NCBI GenBank assembly: GCA_012026655.1 | Contig: JAAILG010001785.1 | Location: forward strand, 1-61,814 | Reading direction: 5' to 3' | DNA from: Hydrolagus affinis | Lineage: Eukaryota | DNA length: 61,814 bases | Shown here: positions 12,830 to 26,639 of the stretch, in pieces | Position numbering within the stretch: the stretch's first letter is position 1 | How the letters are laid out: each line of letters starts with the position of its first letter | Position numbers and translations under genes: made by a program | Notes under the pieces: generated by a model | The model's database searches: none | What the model saw: only the letters and a program-made list of their open reading frames with translations | What the model was told of the DNA's origin: nothing

Positions 12830-13135
12830 TAATAATTATCCTTGCATTTGATACAGCATTTTTCACATCTTTTAGATGTCTCAAAGCGTTTCACAGAATA
12901 TATTGTAAGGTTAATTGACTATATTTGTGGGCAAAACACGGCAGCCAATTACACACAGCAGCGTCCCACAATGAGTCTGGATTGAAATGACCAATTTATT
13001 ATTGTTCTTTTTTTTGAAAGTTTATTATTAGGCGTGTGGAGTAAGGAAACTTGCCCAAACTTCGCCCTGCCTGGAACCGAACCCGGATCTCTCGCTTGCA
13101 AGGCGAGTGCTCTAACCACTGAGCTACACGATTCC
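12830..13135 (-). mobile_element. Full-length SINE
   Basis: Same family; head ...CTCGCTTGCAAGGCGAGTGCTCTAACCACTGAGCTAC. Confidence 0.88.
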
Positions 13136-14721
13136 ACTTGATGAGTGCTCTCAGCATATAACAGGAACAAGGTGCTCAACTCCTGAAGCAAACAAAAAAA
13201 ATGCATACATTACGGTACTATATAATGGAGAGTTTGCTTATAAATCTTGCACATTTGACTTGAGTATACTGTACAGTAATTGAAAAATAAACCAAAGCGT
13301 ACGTAGTTGATTTTAGTTAGTGAGCTTCCTTTACCCAGAAAGTGTACTCTATATACATTGTTAATGCTTAATCTATATAACAGAATGGAAAGCTCAAAGG
13401 ACAAAAGAGTGCTTGAGTTCCACTGTACGCACATACATACGCACACGCCTATGAATTAGTGGTTTTGCTCAAACTTCAATGACCTCCTATTTTCCCTGCC
13501 CAAGTATTAAAAGTGGTTGTTAAATTATAGAGATATAGGAAGTCTCAGTTATGCATCAAGATTTTCAGCAGCAATGAAAAACAAAATAATTAATCTTTTC
13601 ATTTGATGTATTGCAAAATTCATGTCACAAAGCTCTTTACAGGATTTACTGTCACGAGTAGTGACTACGCATTTTGTCGTGTCAGCCAATTTGTGCACGG
13701 CAATGCTCCGCAAACCAATGGATCAACAATTTTATTTGAAAGAAATCAATCTGTGCCATTGCTTTTATCAGTGTGCGTTCGCTGAGTGTTCTGTTCAGCT
13801 CCAGTATTAGTTGTCTCTTCCACCCTCACCCCCGCCATCGTCTCCCTATCATCCAGATCTCTGTTCACATTACCAGCCTGGCCTTGACAGAGTAGCTTGA
13901 AAAAGCTTCAGAATCTGCCACTTGTCACATGTGATATAATTTTCATTCTAAAACTGCTCTTTGATTATGTACCCGTGATTACAACTGTGACAAATGTGTA
14001 AGTTTTAGAAGGAATATTGATGCTTTAGGGTTACGTAAGTCATTTATTTACCACAGTCTATGGACCAAATCCTTGGCGTCCAATTCACACATCATGTCAT
14101 CAGCATTACTCCATTGTAACTGAGCCCTGAGGTCAAAGTCTCTGACGTGACAGTCAATAACATATCTGGAATTGCTCCAGTAAAGTAAATGATATTTACT
14201 ACTGTGTGTGGGCTCGCCAGCAATGGCAAAGCACCACAACAAAAATCTACTGATTATTGACCCTCGTCCTGCGATGTCTATGTTCCTCTGATTTTTGTGC
14301 CAATTCACAAAACGTTCACGAGTTTACAAAGTCACAGTAAAGGTTCAGGTCAAGAAGGCCCTTTTGTTGGCTCATTTGAACTTGTTTGTCCAGAATCCCC
14401 CTCCTCCCATGGCAGTGTCAAGCTGTTTTATTTTGCTGAGTCCCATGTCCCACCTTCAACCACCCGTCCTGACAACCTGTTCCAGTTGTTAATTATCCTC
14501 TGGGTAAAGAGATAGATGCTTGTTGGTGTATTGCCCTGAAATTGGCCTCTGCTGTCCTAAACCCATGTCCGCTTGTGATGTCTCGGTGAACCCGAAAGTA
14601 TTGTTCTGGATTTATCTTTTCGATCCCACACATTAAGGGATATCACCTTAGAGATGTCTTGTTTCAAAACTTGAAAAGACTGAAGAGGAATAATCTATGA
14701 GCTTGACTAATCATTATTCAT

Positions 14722-15050
14722 GGAGTCCTGTAGCTCAGTGGTGAGAGCACTTGCCTTACAAGCGTGAGACCTGTGTTCGAATCCAGGCAGCTCAGGGTGA
14801 AACCTTGGGCAAGTTTCCTTACTCCACACATCTAATAATATTCCCTCAAAAAAAAACGCAATAATAAAATTAGTCATTTCAATCCACGACTGTTTGTGGG
14901 GACACTGCTGTCCACAATTGGCTGCCGCGTTTCGCCCACAAATATATAGTCAATTCACTTGATAGTACTGTATATTCTGTGAAGTGCTTTGAGACGTCTA
15001 GGAGACGTGAAAAGCATTAAATCAAATGCAAGGCTTATTATTATTATTAT
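14722..15050 (+). mobile_element. Full-length SINE
   Basis: GGAGTCCTGTAGCTCAGTGG (A-box)...GTTCGAATCC (B-box), Deu-like core, (ATT)n tail. Confidence 0.9.
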
Positions 15051-15054
15051 CACT

Positions 15055-15520
15055 CCCACTTCGCCCAGCTGCACTGGCTCCCCATCCCTCAATGGATAGA
15101 ATTCAAGATCATCATCATCACTTCCAAGGCCCTCCACAGCCTTGACCCCTCCTACTTCTCTGATCTGCTAACCCTGCATCAACCTGCCCGCGCTCTCCAT
15201 TCATCAGGCTCCGGCCGTCTCTAGGTTTCCTGCCCGACCCACCCTACCATCAGCGGCCAGGCTTTTAGCTTCTCTGCCCCCACCCTTTGGAACTCCATCC
15301 CACAATCCCTTTGTCTTGCTGCTTCCCTTGCATCTTTTAAGGCACAACTCAAGACCCTCCTTTACGACCAGGCCTTCAGCCGCCCTCCTAACTCGCTGCC
15401 CTCCCTCATCCTGACCCTGCCCCCAATGCTCAGATCCAGATCTGAGACGGTTCAGGGCTTTGTGAGATCCTCCCGATGTGAAAGGCACTTTTAGAAATGC
15501 AATTTTTTCATTGTTGTTGT
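15055..15520 (+). mobile_element. L2-clade LINE 3' fragment
   Basis: Degenerate LHWLP...IEFKI...APTLWNSIP...FKAQLKTLLY coding remnant and a GTGAAAGGCACT...(TTG)n tail. Confidence 0.8.
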
Positions 15521-17199
15521 ACAGAAAATTAGTAATTCCCTGTGGAGGGCTTTGATCTGACAGGACACAATAAAAATTCTCTTTGTAACATCCGTTTTGA
15601 CGTTGCACGGTCAGATGGAAATTAAAGATCCCACAGCACTATAGTTAACCCCTGGTTTAATGGACTCCGGGTGTCTGGATTTTACGCCTGTAAATAATTA
15701 GATTGTGGGGGAAAAAACAATTAAGAAATATAGTATGGACACTTTAAGAAACATCTAATTCATTTGTGAATAAAACATTTTTATTTCACTCTTTTTTTTA
15801 AGGGAAACTTAAACCCACTTAAACTTAATGCTTTAAATCGTATGAAGAAATAACTGTGGCAATATATCTTCCTTGGTCAAGCATGTGATGAAAGTCCACA
15901 CTAGTCTAACCAAAGTGATTAAGTGATAGTATCTCGAAACTCTTCAGAGACTATATGTTTTTGGTTTGACACACACTCTGGTATGTGCTTTCACCACCCA
16001 TTTGTCATTACAGTAATCCCTTGTGACAGATCGACTGCGCTAATCCCATGCCGTGCAGAATGCAGTCAGGGGCTCACTCCAGCGTTCAGCATTACAAAAG
16101 TCAAAATGTATTCCCTGTCACTGTCTCCCTGCGGTACCTTTCTCACGCAGTGATTGAAGGACTCACCACTGATTTGATAGCCTCAGTCGGCCTCGCACAA
16201 GATCAGAATAGTTCAGCTCACCTGGTGGGAAGTCTCTGTAATTCCACAATCCACATTCTGTTATGGACACTCCAGCACACCCAAAACTCGCCGAATGCCT
16301 ACATTATTCAATTTATTGCTTCAGCAAATAATTCCAAAGGGAATGTTTTAACATGACCTTTGTTTGCTGACTTGTGCAGACAATCTTGATATGTGCACGA
16401 ACAACAACAACTTGCCTTGCCAAAACTCAACTCAACTGACAACAAACAAGGTTACCTGAGATTCTACAAGGCTAAATGTAATCCAGGCCTCTTGCTTCAT
16501 TGTAAATCAATGTATTTATCTGAGGGACACTTTGGAGAATTGCTTTGCCCACAAAAATGCACAGTTACTACACTTTACGGTATATTCCGCGAAGCACCCT
16601 GAGACACCTCAACGACATGATAAGGCGTTGGATCGAATTATTATTATACAATGGCAAGGATTATTATTCTACTATTGAAAGTGACTTCAGCATCCTGAGT
16701 TGGAGAGACCGAAATCAGCGCATTCTACAATGATGTAGGTTGGCAGTGCACTTGTGTGAATGTTTGCTAACCACAGGATTGGCTTCAGATGTGCTCACTT
16801 TTCAGGCTCACACATGATTCTCCAAAAGGCTGCTTGCAACGAAACAGTCGATTGGAAACCTATCCAACATATGATGTTGTGTGGCTGATAATAGCTTGGA
16901 AAAATCAAAAACCAAACAGTTGAAAACCTTCCTATCAATACCATATAGAAGCAGGATTAAGCACTCCCAAAGCTGAACTGATTTTATGAGTGCAAGGTGG
17001 CTCCGATGTAGCCAAATGTAGTGTTAGAGCTGTGTCTACTGAGGTACCCTTGGCTCTTATTCATATTTCCATTGGCTGGCTCTAGAAAGAATATCTCAGG
17101 ATACGGTATATAGTTTGTGACATGACATATCCAGCCACTGCAGAGGATGGTGAAAGGCGAACTAGATGAATCCTGTCAAGGGCTTGTAGATTTCCATTC

Positions 17200-17445
17200 T
17201 TCCCCCGCCCTCTGGAACTCCATCCCGCAGCCCCTCTGCCTCGCCCCATCCCTCTGCTTCAAAGCCCACCTCAAGGCCCTCCTCTTTGACCGTATATTCG
17301 ATCAGCTTTCTTACCCCACCCACCATCCTCCAAATCCCTATCCCAGCTTGTGTCCCAAATACTATTTGTCCAGTGCCTTGGGACGTCCACCCAACATGAA
17401 TAAGTGCAAAGTGTAATAATATGCAAGTGTAATTTGGTTGTTGTT
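17200..17445 (+). mobile_element. L2-clade LINE 3' fragment
   Basis: PALWNSIPQPL...FKAHLKALLF remnant and (TTG)n tail. Confidence 0.75.
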
Positions 17446-18041
17446 GATGTGAAACTCGTATTATTAACAAAGTACTGTTACAGTTTGGGGCTGGTTTCTT
17501 TTGATATGCTCTCTGTGTGTTCCTCACATAACAGCAACAATAATCGTAGCATTCAGTTATAATTTCCAAATCAAATAGCATTACAAGTTTCCTGGAAGAG
17601 CGGCAGTTCCTTCTAGAAATGATCTCAGTTTTGAATTCTGTGGCTTATGCTTGGAGTTCATTTATGTTGAAGGTTCAGCTTCTCATTATAACGTGGAATA
17701 TTACCCTTCTGACTGTATAAACCTGCTAACATTTGTGACGAGCATATATTATATGGCTCACGTTTAATTCATAATTCATTCATTGTTCTGCCTACAAAGG
17801 CACTCAGGGCTTCATTTAGATTTCAGCCGTAGAGATACATTAAGATGGACTCACAATCTGATTAATTCCCTGATTTAAGCAATGACTGGCTGGTCGCTGA
17901 GGTAGTACATAGACAATCTAGTTGATTACACATTGGCTGATATTGACTGAAGCCTTATAGAGTACATTTTTTTTAAGACTCCAATCACTACTTTCCAGCA
18001 AGAACCAAACCAAGATCATAAGTATGACGCAGCTAGTTGCA

Positions 18042-18325
18042 ATAGTAATCCTTGCATTTGATATAGTGCTTTTCACATCTTCTAGGTGTGTCAAAGCGCT
18101 TCACAGAATGTACTGTAAAGTGAATTGACTGTATATTTGTGAGCGAAATGCAGCAGCCAATTGCTCACAGCAGTGTCCCACAAACAGTCGTGGATTGAAA
18201 ATAACCAATTCATTATTTTTTTTTTGAGGGTTTATTATCAGGCATGTGGAATAAAGAAACCTGCCCAAGGTTTCGACCTGCCCAGAATTGAACCCAGGTC
18301 TCTAACCCCTGAGCTATAGGACTCC
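18042..18325 (-). mobile_element. SINE, near full length
   Basis: Family tail, core and head on the minus strand. Confidence 0.85.
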
Positions 18326-18334
18326 ACTAGATCA

Positions 18335-18515
18335 AATGGGGATGTTTAGAGGAATGTCTTCATTCATTGGGAGAATGTGGACTCTGTGGCAGAAGCTCTG
18401 GTTGAAGCAAAAACAATCAACGTGTTGCCTACTTGAGGGAGAAGAGGTTAGAGGGGTGTAGCAAGGACGTGGACTTGTGTGGACAAATGGCCTATCTCCA
18501 TTCTATATGATTCTA
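18335..18515 (+). mobile_element. Degraded CR1 3' fragment
   Basis: Resembles the CR1 ORF2 end and ends with AATGGCCT...ATTCTATATGATTCTA. Confidence 0.6.
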
Positions 18516-21500
18516 AAAAGACTTTCGCAACTTGGCAATCAAGTACATGGAGGGTGAGGTATTGCAGAGTATAAAGCCTTGCTTTGTGATGCTGTCTGGA
18601 GCTCCTCCAAATTCATCACAAGGAGCTCAGAACACTAAGTCTGTGTGGCAGGTCAAGTGACTGCTTTCTGATGATGCAACTAATTCATCTTATTACAAGT
18701 AACCACCCATCGGATGGTGTAATTTTCTGCCAGCGATAAGGTGAGAAGCAGAGGGTCAAAGTATTCAGCATTAAGAGCTTGGCGGGAGCCGAATGCAGTC
18801 CTGGAGGACAGGACTTTGAGGTTCGGTAATAATTTGCTCAGATGGTGACCTTGACATTGCATAGGTTTTATTGCTGCACCTTAAAGACACCAATTTGCAT
18901 CCCATGTTGCCTGTATAAGAGGGATTGGTGAATCATCCATTCCCTGAATCACATCCACATGAGCTTTTTCTATTGCATCAGACTTTGCAGTGCCGATGAT
19001 GCCTTTGAGTTGGCGAGATCCAGCACGAAATGGGATTCAGAAAGTAAACCGAGAACAATACTTAACGTAGGTCGAGCCAGCAGAACAAGAGATTCAGGGT
19101 TTCAAAGGGTAATTTCAGGCAGTCTTGCAGAAAGCCTTTCTTTACACAGAGGCTAATTAGAATGGGTGAACAGTGCCAGTCGAGGAAGGGAATCTGGATT
19201 CATTTAAACAACTTGCTGCTGTAACGGGAGGAAGTGATCTTGTGACATGTTTTGTTTAATATGCTGAGGGGAGAATAGCGCTTCACGTGCTTGATAGACG
19301 ATGAAAAAAAAGTCTCTCTTAAAGGATATTCTATACGCATTCACTGCCGTGTTATTTGCAACAAGAAAGCGATATACAAGTAGTTTGATTTGCTTGTGGG
19401 CTGCCACTTTCTTTAATGAACTATGATTCAATGATTCATTAAACAATGACTAATCTCTGTGTCACTGTTTAACGCATTGTAGTGAATCTCTGGATACATC
19501 CCACAGCTTCCTGCAGGTCATTCCATAATTTTACAATAGAACTACAGGAATAATCCACGTCAGTGTGTTTATGTAAAACAAACAAGAGTGAACACACAAC
19601 CTTCAAAGTTGTGATGAGTTTACCATCTACACTACTTACCTGCCTGAACATGAAAGTATGAAAATTGTGAAACGTATTTGGTTGAATAGAAGTTAAGTTA
19701 GTCAAAGGAGCAACTTTCATATGTAGGACTGAATGAAGGAATTATCCGTAAAATAATCTCGCAAACTAAGATTACGTGAATTTTCAGGTTTATTCTCTGC
19801 AGAGAAATATTCTGTTATTTCTTTCTAATAAGGAGGATAAATCCTTTGAATCTGAATGCTTTTACATTGTACTTGGTCAACAATTCTCTAAATAAATTGG
19901 TGGTTCACTTTGAATCTACCTTTGTGACTTGACTGTGTGCAACTTGGCTGCCATATTACCTAGAAAATGCAGTCACTATACAGGTTCTTGACAGCAATTG
20001 CGTGCGAACCACTTTAAGACATTTCTAAGTTATAACGCATCTTATATCAAATGCAAGGATTGTTTTGTTTAATTATGCCAATTATGGAGAGTTATTTTCT
20101 GTTGTTTTAAATGTCTAATTTGCTTCAGATATCTTACTTCTGAGGTGATGGTGTAAATCTTTCAAGAGCAAATTGAAACTGAAACTTTGGTTTAAAGTTT
20201 GCGATGGGTAACTTTGCACTGCTACTGAATAGATTCACATATCCAATTTAGAGTATGGTAGATTTTCATCTGATAACGATATTTTGTATAACTGTCACAT
20301 CACTTTGATTCAGCTCAAAAGGGGTAATTCGAGACGAATAAAAAAAATGAGATCTCGTAGACTAAGGTGGTTCTCATTTAACTCTGTGGTCTCATTTGGT
20401 GACTGGGCTTTTTGTGGGAAGGAGCTAACCGTCGCTTCTCTCTAGAGTGTAAGAAGCTGGAAGGTTTAATGAGAAATGAAGCCTGCAATTACTGCTGATT
20501 GGCTTAAGGTCACATAAATCCCCTAAAGGAGAAATGTTTCAAAGAGGAAAGAGAGATCTTTTGACCTCAGATTTCCTGCTGCTAAATAGCTAACTCCTGT
20601 GTGTGGTGATACAAGTCCTGTTTCAACGTTTTCTTCTGCTTTGGTTCCACATTTCTTCACCCACTTGTATAACAGGTCCATTGTGTGCTTTTATACAGAG
20701 TAGGTATGTGTCCACAGCAATTACTCACAGTCCATAGCATAGCCACAAACTTGCTCTGGAGGTGGATAGATTGTCTGAAAAGCCAGCCACCTGGTCCGGG
20801 TTTGAACTTGGCAAAGTATGACAATCCTATATGGGTTGTCCACGTTACTTTTGATGCTCTGTGTGAGTTCGTTGAGTTACTGGAGATTGGTGGTTGGTTT
20901 GGAAACATTTACTATAACTATTTTGTGCCACTGCTGCCTCGAGTCATCCAGAGCAACATGCAAATGTGATTTCATTGGTTCCTAGAAAACTGCAGGTAAA
21001 CACTTTTTCTAGCCATCAAAGGGCTGAGTATTTTTCTCTCTCGCTTTCTCTTACTCTTTAGGGAGTGTGTGAGTAAATTATGGGGGACTGGTTTGGGTTT
21101 TCGACCGTAGGTAATTAAAAATCACGTCATTTGAACGGTTTACTGAATTAACAGCATATCTCGCAAAGGTCTCGGAGTAATGTTGTAATGTCAACACTTC
21201 TATCCATATAAGGATAGAAATTTGAGCCAGATTGTAGTTGGTCCAAATTGGTCGGCTGAAACAGAATGAACTGGAAAATGAGCCATGTAAAGGCTCAGAG
21301 AATCACAAGGTGGCTATTAGTGGTATAAAGAAAACAGTCGGTTACAAAGCCAATATTTATTTTGTCTTTAGAGCTCATGGGAGACAATAGATTTTAGTGT
21401 TTCAGGTTTAGCCTGAATTTTATCGGAGACTTTTTGCTCATCCCAACTCATGTGACTCCATGCTTGGCATGCAAACTCCCCTGCTAACGTAATCATACCA

Positions 21501-22050
21501 GGACTTGGGACCAAAGTCAACACGGAGACATCCGAGGTTACTGAATATCACTTCTATGGCCGAGACTGCGGAATGTACATTATTTGCACACATGTCCTGA
21601 AGTGAACCATCTCAAACGTGCCTGTGCTAAAATGTGTCTTTTGCCAATCATCGAGATCCATTGAGCAAGCAGCAATTTTAACATGTGGCTTTTAACCTTT
21701 GAAGTACAGTTACCCCATTTCCTTTGCTGGATATAACCAGTGGTACTTGAGGCCACTGCTCTTCTAGCTTTCATACAAATCATGTGCTGTGGATTGGAAA
21801 TGATGACAGAAATGGTCCACAACTTGTATGAAGAACTACACTCACCCCAACTGTTAACTTACTTCTCTCTTTGCAATGTTCTCTCCATTTATTTAACAAG
21901 ACTGTTCAGTTTCCCTTTTCATCTATTAGCTGTGCAGGTTTGTACCGGCAATGCCAGAACTATCTGTGAAAACACACCATGATTGTTTGTCCGCAATTGG
22001 TTGCAGTGTTTTGCCGTTAATTCACTTCACTGCAAATTCCGGGAAGCGCT

Positions 22051-22092
22051 TTGAGACATCTCAATGATGTGATAATCATTGAGATGTCTCAA
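22051..22092. repeat. Perfect 18-bp inverted repeat inside a SINE tail
   Basis: TTGAGACATCTCAATGAT-GTGATA-ATCATTGAGATGTCTCAA. Confidence 0.95.
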
Positions 22093-25000
22093 TTGCATGG
22101 ATTTTCATATTATAGTTAAGTGGAGGTCGGGGTGGTGGGGGTTGTAATATAATCCAAAATTGCATTGGTAGCTTGGAGTAAGGAAACTTGCCCAAGGTTT
22201 CGCCCTGATCTGCCTGGATTCGAAAACAGGTTTCATGCTTGTAAGGCAAGCGGTCTAACCACTGAGCTAAAAGAGCTGCAGTTTAAATGTTACATGTTGA
22301 GCTAGGTTAATGATGCATATCAGCTCTGTGGCCTCAGGAGGCTTGTTGCTCTGCGTGTGTCTGTCTGGGTCTCCATTCATAATCCAGCATTTCAGAGGCA
22401 GAGAATGAGTGGCATTTAATAACATTTGGCAGCAAGATGTACACTGCTGGTGAGAAGTTTGCACTTTACAAGCTGCTGTAAATAATAAACGTTCCGTTTC
22501 TCTTGGTTATTGCTTGAGGTAAACTCTGCAAAGATATTTTTCCACTAGCCTTCAGCATTTGCCCCTTCCAGATCTCCAAGATGCCCAACTTGTGTTTTGG
22601 TTCTGCTCCTGGATAAAAGTTATTGGGTTATTTTTGTTCTTAGGTGAGAGTTATTTTTGCCCACAAAAATATACAGTCAATTCACTACGCGGTGTATTCT
22701 GTGAGGTTTTTTTGAGACATTTCGATGATGTGATAATAATAATAATCCTTGTATTTAATATAGCACTTTTCACGTTTTCTAGACAAGATGCTATATCAAA
22801 TGAAAGGATTATAATATTTCAGGATGTAATATATAGCTTGGGACACAGCATATCATGCGATTGGCCAGGCTGGTGGAAGGCAAACTGGATGGAGGTAGGT
22901 CTTCTTTCGCCACCAAATTCTTATCTTCTTGCCTCATAGTCAACTAATAATATTGAACTAATAATATTGAATCAGAGTAGGCCTAAGTACATTTTTAGCA
23001 CAGGGCTCCATCACTCATGGCCTGAGGAAGGGCTAGCAAATTACCATTGCCCGCTACAAGTGCTCTGTGTATTTATTACCTTAGATTAGCTTGATACTTG
23101 CTGATGGCTTCCAATTTGCTTGTGTGTTGAACTTCAGTTAACTACAAAGGCATGAAACAATTATTACCTAGCCTAGATCTTTTGAACATGCAAAATATTA
23201 GGAAGTCGGCCTCAAGTTAAAACTTTCAATACATGCAAAAGTCTTTTGTTCCAATGACAATAAGGTTTCCTTTCGCTTGTGCACCTAGCTTGCATCAGTG
23301 ACTGGATAGCAGTCTTTCAGAGTGGTTTGTGAGTGGCTATTTTACAAAACGAGAACTACATCAAAACTCACCCCATATGTGGATGGTGATTATATTCCTT
23401 TGTTTCTTCTCTCCCCTCATAAATGCACTGGCACATATTGGCATCCAGTTCTACATCCATCTTCCCGTACCACACATCTAACTGGCAATGATTCATGTGA
23501 CTTGGGTACAAGCAGCTGGTGTAAGTGTGTCACTGGAATGCCAAAGGCTGTTTGGACACAAGACAAAGTTTATTGCTCCTCGACCCCTACATTATCTATT
23601 CAAATAAAATCCTTTTTGATGAATGAATTTGATTATCTTTCTATATGCTGCATCAACGAATAAAATATTTCTGCAGTACTGTATCTTCTTTCTAGTGCGG
23701 TTTAGTGTTTGATTACTCGTTGACATTGACTTTGTCATGACTTTGTGATTTCACTGACCTAGGACTTTTTCTTTCTCGCATCTCACAGAGCAAAGCCCCT
23801 GAACAATGACTGAATCCAATGGTTTGGAAGGAAATTAGGTAAACTGGACTGAAATAAAATGAAACAAAGGAGTGAATGGAGCATATTGTGCCTGACGTGA
23901 CAAATGTGATCTGTTAAATATATTCCAGTCCATTATTGCAATAGATGATCCTATTTATTCAATCTACCAAAGTATAAATTGCATCATTCACATCATTGCT
24001 GTGTGTAAGCAAACTTGGCTGTTACATTCGCCTACAAAATACAGTCACAACACTATAGATCCAGTAAAACATTTTAATATGTCCTACTGATTTTGAAAGG
24101 CTTATTTATAATTTGAAATGGTTTCTTTACATGGTACCATGTTACAGTGGAAATATAAATAAATCTGTATAGCATAATAAGTGCTCTGTCTTTCTGCAAA
24201 GTTGTCTGGATGATGTATCTGCTGCATGGTGAATTAAATACTCTGTCTCACACTTACCTTGTCAAAGTGAAGCAGTGATGATGCTAGGTTAACATTTTAC
24301 AAACGGATCTGTGATAGAAAATTGTACTTTTGAGTGCTTGATGAACTTCACATATGACTATAGAAATGCAGTGTATTAGTGTTAGATGTGAAATGTGGAT
24401 TTATTCATTTGTATGATCATTTCCACAGGTCATAACTATCTTGTTTGAAGGCATCTAACAATGCTCCTTTGTAACCAGCCATTGAAGGTACGTACAGTAT
24501 ATTGAATCAGAGTAGGTTAATCACTCAAATTTCTTCCTTGCCTTTCTTCTCAAGAGAATGACTTTATCTGCTTGGCAAATCTTTCACAGCTCAGTCAGGA
24601 TTCAGATGTGACTGTGAACAGAACTTTCACTCTTATTATTTCTTTACTTTAAAGAAAAGGTTAGATTGAAGGGGACCAGCGATAACCTGCTCCAGTCCTC
24701 TGCGGCACCCAGAGACACAACAACTTGGATTTATATAGCGCTCTTTACGTGGGGCAGCGTCTCGCAGCGCTTGGCTTAAAGATAAAGCCCACCCTTTTTT
24801 GTAGGTGTTGAAGACAAAATATTACCTGTTCTGGAATGTAGTCATGTTTTGACTCTGGCAGCTGTTGCCTTCGGATCAAGAGCGTACGGCAACGTGTTCG
24901 ATCATTGTTGAATAACTGCATCCTCTACTTTAATATTTGATGAATTTATACTTGGAAGCTGGAAAAGCTTTTCTGCTGCAGATGGCCTCTTGAAGCCTGA

Positions 25001-25773
25001 AGATTGAACCTAACCTTACTGATGACGAACAGTTGTGGAATTGTAGCCTCTCGCTCATGTAAACCCTGTGAATACAATTCATTATTCCCAATCCCTAACT
25101 GTTCAGTGCCTTGGGACGTCCTCCCGACGTGGAAGGCGTGTTACAAATGTAATGTTATTTTATTAATACACTGCTGAAAGATATTTATAAAAACAGGGTT
25201 TAATGAGTGTATGTCTAATTTTGTATTGCAAAATCCCCAGGTGAACAATTCTCTACTAAAAGGTTGGCTGAATAGCAGCACTGTAGAATACTGGATGTAG
25301 ATAATGTGGTGAGATCTGTGACCTTTATAACATGACCCTTGTGATAATCATCACAGGTTATGAAACGTTACAAAATTTTCTCCCAGTGTTATACTGTTGC
25401 CGTTCATATCGTCAAGCAAATCATTTTACAGTATTACAGACACAGTTTTGAGTAGAATCAATGGGCTGCTGAACCTCTATTGACTATTTAACACAGCAAT
25501 GGAAATATAATATTATTATAGAGCACAACATATATTGTCCTTTATAATAATAAATAATATCCTTGCATTTGATATAGCGCCTTATCATGTCTTTGCGATG
25601 TCTCAAATGTGAAATTCCATTCACAGGCTACACTCTTATCTTATCCTACATACAGCAGTTTTATAGTGTTAAGATTTAATCCAAGTGAAAAGTTTTTTAA
25701 AAATCAAAAAATTACATTTTGGTTAAATCCTGTGAAGCACTTTGAGAAATCCTCTTCATGTGAAAGGCACTAT

Positions 25774-26030
25774 ACCATAAGAACATACAAATTTGCTGGT
25801 GAAAAAGACCATATAGTTTGCCTTCCACCGTCCTGACAGTTGCTTGACATGTCGTGTCCCGAACGATATCCTGTATCCCCAGATATTATTTTCTAGCAGA
25901 AATCTATCCAATTTCTTCTTGAAACAAGCAACATTTTCTGCTTCCACCATCTTCATTGGGGAGCCTGTTCCATGTTTACTGCTCCACTCATTCAAGTGGT
26001 AATTCCGCAGATTTGTTCTGAATTTACCTA
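25774..26030 (-). mobile_element. CR1 3' fragment
   Basis: Minus-strand ORF contains MVEAENVACFKKKLDRFLLENNIWGY, similar to the CR1 ORF2 C-terminus. Confidence 0.75.
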
Positions 26031-26160
26031 CCCACTTTATAAATGCAGGCCATGGCCTCCATAATAATAAATAATAAACATCCTTGCATTTGATATAGCA
26101 TCTTCGAGACATCTCAATGCACTTCAGTGTATACTCTAAAATGAATTGACAAGATATTGT

Positions 26161-26458
26161 AGAATCCTGCAGCTCAGTGGTTAGAGTACTTGTCTTGCGA
26201 GCAAGAGACTAAGATTCAAATCCAGGTAGGGCGACACCTTGGGCAAGTTTCCTTACTCCACGCGCCTAACAATCATCCTCCAAAAACAACAATAATAAAT
26301 TTCAATCCACCACTGTCTGTGGGACACTGCTGTGCGCGATTGGCTGCTGCGTTTCATCCAAATATAGTCAATTCACTTTACAGGTATATTCTGTGAAGCG
26401 CTTTGAGACGTTTAGAAGATGTGGAAAAGCACTACATCAAATGCGAGGATCATAATAA
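26161..26458 (+). mobile_element. Full-length SINE just upstream of the HIF1A promoter
   Basis: Family head, core and tail. Confidence 0.85.
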
Positions 26459-26639
26459 CAGTACTGTATGGTAGACTATATTCAGTGAGTGAAACAGTTT
26501 CCTGGTACTACTGTTCAGTACACGCTTATCAAATAGAGATTGTAAGTAATCCCGTAGAACAGCACTGTCTTATATAAATACAAGTAGAAATATTATATGA
26601 GGGCAAGCTGTTGTGGAGTGTGCATTGGCACTGACTAGA

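Noticed and set aside
14722-14795. tRNA-like sequence with A and B boxes
   Set aside because: It is a SINE head running into the SINE body; no acceptor stem or terminator of a real tRNA gene
8500-26000. Many 60-130 aa ORFs and isolated ACGTG motifs in the intergenic region
   Set aside because: No homology, splice or compositional support; single HRE cores are expected by chance
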